From positions 96,001-160,000 of the forward strand of contig JBHLOC010000001.1 of NCBI GenBank assembly GCA_048940925.1: a stretch of 64,000 nt of DNA, given 5' to 3'. Every line of letters begins with the position of its first letter. The first letter of the stretch is position 1. This DNA comes from Promethearchaeota archaeon. GTDB lineage: Archaea > Asgardarchaeota > Lokiarchaeia > Sigyniarchaeales > SOKP01. The notes below the pieces were generated by a model, which did not search any database, had not been told where the DNA came from, and saw only the letters and a list, made by a program, of their open reading frames with translations. Positions 60,633-64,000 of the stretch are shown here, piece after piece. A program made the translations under genes and the position numbers.

Positions 60633-61574
60633 ATGGTAAAATTAAAAGAAGCTATAGAATCTTACCAGGAAGAATATTTTCTTCCAGGGAATTCTTGTTG
60701 TGCAGGATGCGGTTTGGAAATAGCTCTCCGATGGGCAATGAAGGCGCTGGGACCTAATACTGCTCTTATAACTCCAGCTTCTTGCTTAAATGTCGTAGTA
60801 GGATTATGGCCTAAGACAGCACCAAATTTTCCATTTACAAATATGGCTTTTGCAGCGGGTGCGGCTGCCGCAACCGGTATGTCTGCTGCTTTTAAAGCAA
60901 AAGCATATAGATTTCCTGGTAAAGGTTGGGATGAGATGACGACAATTACATTCGCAGGAGATGGTGGTACTGCTGATATTGGAATTCAAGGTTTAAGTGG
61001 AGCAGCAGAAAGAAATTCTGATCAAATTTATGTGTGTTATGACAATGAAGCATATATGAATACAGGAATTCAAAGATCTTCAAGTACACCACATGGAGCA
61101 TGGACAAGTACAACCACTAAGGGGAAAGATCGCTTTAAGAAGAATCTCCCTGCAATTATGGTCGCTCACGATATGCCTTATGTAGCAACTTGTTCTATTA
61201 GTGAGCCACTTGATTTATTTGATAAATTCAAAAAAGCTAAATCGATTAAAGGTTGTAGATATATCCATATTATGGCTCCTTGTTGTACAGGATGGGGATT
61301 TAATTCTGAAGATACAATAGAAATAGCTCGATTAGCTGTGAAAACAGGATCATGGATTTTATATGAAGTAGAAAATGGAATAATGACATTGTCAAAAGCG
61401 AGTAAATCATTAAAAAACCCTTCTAAAAGAACTCCACTAATAGATTATCTTTCAAAACAGAAAAGATTTGCAAATATTTCAGAAAAAGATTTAATTGAAC
61501 TTCAAGAATATCTGGATCATACATGGAAACGCCTTGAAGCTGATTTAAGTTGTCAAGAACAATATCCAAAATAG
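60633..61574 (+). CDS. porB: Pyruvate/2-oxoacid:ferredoxin oxidoreductase beta subunit (ATG 60633 after GGAGG preferred over 60591)
   Basis: CAGCG, TPP motif GDGG...DNEAYMNTGIQRS, APC.TGW. Confidence 0.93.
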   Translation: MVKLKEAIESYQEEYFLPGNSCCAGCGLEIALRWAMKALGPNTALITPASCLNVVVGLWPKTAPNFPFTNMAFAAGAAAATGMSAAFKAKAYRFPGKGWDEMTTITFAGDGGTADIGIQGLSGAAERNSDQIYVCYDNEAYMNTGIQRSSSTPHGAWTSTTTKGKDRFKKNLPAIMVAHDMPYVATCSISEPLDLFDKFKKAKSIKGCRYIHIMAPCCTGWGFNSEDTIEIARLAVKTGSWILYEVENGIMTLSKASKSLKNPSKRTPLIDYLSKQKRFANISEKDLIELQEYLDHTWKRLEADLSCQEQYPK

Positions 61575-61931
61575 TTTACAAATCCATTCATACTGTACTT
61601 TTTATGGTTAATATTTCCAGTTCAAAATTAACTTGTTTTCATAAATATTCCTAAAGAGAAAGAGAAAAAGGAGAATTAAATATAGAATAATTAAAAAAAA
61701 TATTATCTCTTAAAAATTTGAAATTTAGTTGGATAAAATTTTGCTTATAAAAAGGTATTAAGTTCCCAATAAAATAGTTACGAAGATATAAAAATTGATA
61801 AAACAACATTATAAACACGAGTAAGTATAAAAATTTGTATTATTTTTCTAATAAATACATTTAATTTTTAAATGAAAAAATAACGAAAAAAAATCTTATT
61901 TTATAATAAGCAAAAAAAAAAATTTTTATTC

Positions 61932-62591
61932 ATGGGATTTTTAGTTAAACTGGCAGGAAAACAATTAAAAGATATTAAAACTTATTTACAAATTGCTGTT
62001 GATTTTATAATTCAAGGAAAAGTAATTAGTTTCCCCACTGACAGTGTGTATGGAATAGGAGGGGATCCTCAAAATTTAGATTTAATAAACAGAATCTATA
62101 ATATTAAATTTCGTGAGAGATCAAAGGCATTATTACTTTTGGTTTCAGACTTCGATGAAGCTATAAAAATTGCTGAATTCAATAATACAGCGAAAAAACT
62201 GGCGAATCATTATTGGCCAGGGCAATTAACCTTAATACTAAAAAAAAAAGACCCATGTATTATTCCTCCAGAAGTAACTGCCTTTCAAAACACGATAGGC
62301 CTACGAGTTCCTGAAAATGAAATAATTTTGCATATATTAAAACTTTTAAAAACAAAAGGACATTTTGGAGGGATTATAGGTACTTCAGCTAATTATGCCG
62401 GAGAACCACCATCTATAAGTGGAGAAGAAGTAACAAAAAAGATATTAAGTCCCATAGATTTAATTATTGATAGTGGAAAATCAAAATCAAGACTTCCAAC
62501 TACGATCGTTGATTGCACTTCTGATGCAATTAAGTTTTTACGAATTGGAAAGATTTCAGAAGAAGAGATTATCGATTTTTTATCAAAGTGA
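61932..62591 (+). CDS. tsaC: L-threonylcarbamoyladenylate synthase (YrdC domain only)
   Basis: FPTDSVYG, IK.R, WPG.LT, GLRVP, TSAN, PTTIVD, LR.G. Confidence 0.92.
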   Translation: MGFLVKLAGKQLKDIKTYLQIAVDFIIQGKVISFPTDSVYGIGGDPQNLDLINRIYNIKFRERSKALLLLVSDFDEAIKIAEFNNTAKKLANHYWPGQLTLILKKKDPCIIPPEVTAFQNTIGLRVPENEIILHILKLLKTKGHFGGIIGTSANYAGEPPSISGEEVTKKILSPIDLIIDSGKSKSRLPTTIVDCTSDAIKFLRIGKISEEEIIDFLSK

Positions 62592-62605
62592 AAAAGAGGG
62601 CATAA

Positions 62606-63121
62606 ATGAAGAATTTTAATCTACTAATCTCAACTTCTCGATATAATGAAACAAACGCAAAATCAGAATTGTGGTTTATTTTATTAATATGCGGGGATAA
62701 TTATCCAATAATATCAAGATTAACTCATTCAGGTTTAATAGCAGCATTAACTAATTTTAATGCTAAAAATATTATAAGAAAAATAAAAAAAATAAAAGAA
62801 AATGATCCTAATTTTTTCCAATTTATTCTTAAAGTAGTGCCTATTGATTTTGTATGCGAAAGTAATACTAAATTTATAGTTAAGCTAATACAGGAAAATT
62901 ATAAAGATTTCATTAAAGATGAAGAAACATATAAGATAGTATTAAAACGGAGGAAACACGAGAAAATAGAAAGAAATCATCTTATTGAGCAAATAGCTGG
63001 GAAATTAAGTAATAAAGTAGTGCTTGAAAATCCTGATAAAATTATTAGAATAGAAATATTAGGAAATTTTAGTGGTATCTCTTTTATTGAAAAGGATGGA
63101 ATTTTTAAGGTAAATAATTAA
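62606..63121 (+). CDS. THUMP domain protein (Tan1-like)
   Basis: FNLLIST, LKVVPID, KRR, V.LENPD.IIRIEI. Confidence 0.88.
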   Translation: MKNFNLLISTSRYNETNAKSELWFILLICGDNYPIISRLTHSGLIAALTNFNAKNIIRKIKKIKENDPNFFQFILKVVPIDFVCESNTKFIVKLIQENYKDFIKDEETYKIVLKRRKHEKIERNHLIEQIAGKLSNKVVLENPDKIIRIEILGNFSGISFIEKDGIFKVNN

Positions 63122-63132
63122 AATACTTATGC

Positions 63133-63837
63133 TTATCTAATTTTTATTTTTTCTATATTCAAAAGAGCCATCTTTTCACATATTAAGTCGTATAAAGCTA
63201 AAGCTGTTGAACCTAAATCAATATTTGTGTTTTTTTTTTCACCTAATTTAATTCCATAAGAGTTTAGAATAGAAAAAAATTGTTTATCAGAAATATCATA
63301 AAATTCTTTGATTGCAATTAGCTTTTCATGAGACAATGAGTTTACCGCAAGGTCAATTTCTTTTACTTTAAGTAGACTTATTATTTCAGAATTTATTTTT
63401 TCAATATTATTAGATTGTGAAATAATACAAAATAATAAATCTCCCTTTCTCAAATCCTTAATATTTATCCCAAAAGTCTCAATTCCTTTAATAATTTGAC
63501 GATTTGCTGATAAATATAATAAAATTTCAATATTTTTTTTATTTGAAATATTAGTATTATAATAGAAAGCCTTTTGCATATAATAACAGGCTGTGAAAAG
63601 ATGATTCTCATTTAAAAGATACTCATTTTTAACAAATTGGATTATTGAACCTTTATAAGTATTTTGGAGTGATTGTGTTAGTTCAAATAGATGGTATAAG
63701 GCATCTTCTTCATTATCTATTCTAAAAAATGTTAAGAATTGACTCAAATTGAAATTAATTTGATTAATTCCTACAAAATAGCTTAAATTGATTTCTTTGA
63801 TGTTAAATCTCTTTGTTATCACACTGGTAGTCTCCAA
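63133..63837 (-). CDS. cgi121: KEOPS subunit Cgi121
   Basis: H...A......AF....NIS....IEILLYLSANRQI.K.I..FG; C-terminal EKMALL. Confidence 0.85.
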   Translation of the reverse strand: METTSVITKRFNIKEINLSYFVGINQINFNLSQFLTFFRIDNEEDALYHLFELTQSLQNTYKGSIIQFVKNEYLLNENHLFTACYYMQKAFYYNTNISNKKNIEILLYLSANRQIIKGIETFGINIKDLRKGDLLFCIISQSNNIEKINSEIISLLKVKEIDLAVNSLSHEKLIAIKEFYDISDKQFFSILNSYGIKLGEKKNTNIDLGSTALALYDLICEKMALLNIEKIKIR

Positions 63838-64000
63838 TTTAAAAATTCAGGTAAATTGGCGAAATACACTTTGAATAAAATTAAAAATATTAAAAATAAT
63901 AACAAGTATATTGTAAATAACCAATCTCTAAGTGAATAATTAATAGAATAATAATAGGAACGTTGTTTTTCGCTACCAAATGCTCTGGATTCGAGTGCTT
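63819..64000 (-). CDS. ecfT: ECF transporter T component, 3' end only
   Basis: Manual translation ALESRAFGSEKQRSYY....LRDW followed by a TM helix, ending WRLPV* (AxExRxF motif). Overlaps the cgi121 start by 19 nt. Confidence 0.8.
   Translation of the reverse strand, partial: ALESRAFGSEKQRSYYYSINYSLRDWLFTIYLLLFLIFLILFKVYFANLPEFLNWRLPV

Noticed and set aside
6762-60989. Numerous 60-115 aa ORFs nested in or antisense to long genes (for example 6762, 7880, 8296, 8681, 9969, 10151, 13905, 14627, 16936, 18272, 21056, 23821, 28075, 32502, 32732, 33368, 35460, 38692, 41006, 44354, 44984, 46236, 46780, 49013, 50128, 52600, 56141, 60804)
   Set aside because: Shadow frames of well-supported genes, with no motifs of their own.
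1-64000. Selenocysteine/pyrrolysine recoding, CRISPR arrays, rRNA, SRP RNA or RNase P RNA
   Set aside because: No conserved gene is interrupted by an in-frame TGA/TAG, apart from the pseudogene, which also has TAA stops. No repeat-spacer array or long GC-rich structured segment was seen by eye.

Overview
AT-rich archaeal chromosomal window, best assigned to Asgard archaea (Lokiarchaeia/Promethearchaeota). The assignment rests on a eukaryote-like actin at the left edge (missed by the ORF track), a Rab-like small GTPase, a roadblock protein and an SDS22-type LRR protein, found among archaeal housekeeping genes (rpo6, hef, fen1, nob1, aIF5A, srp54, cdc48, cgi121, sua5/tsaC, porGDAB). No transposases, integrases, CRISPR arrays or rRNA were seen. 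Five features were read directly from the DNA and are not in the ORF track: (1) tRNA-Val(CAC) with a 31-nt intron at the non-canonical position 44/45; (2) an N-terminal extension of hef with no ATG/GTG/TTG start (GGTGA followed by GTC); (3) a winged-helix ORF after cdc48, also without a canonical start (GGTGA followed by ATA); (4) a decayed acyl-CoA dehydrogenase pseudogene; (5) a partial ecfT. The best candidate for an undescribed system is a dispersed catabolic module at about 21.4-32.4 kb: a YoaD/SerA2-type dehydrogenase fused to a class II aldolase, an SCP2 lipid-binding protein, a YoaC/LsrK-like FGGY kinase, a second aldolase, a TIM-barrel epimerase, and a DapA-kinase fusion in which both domains look catalytically dead. 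All family calls come from motif recognition by eye; no database search was run.
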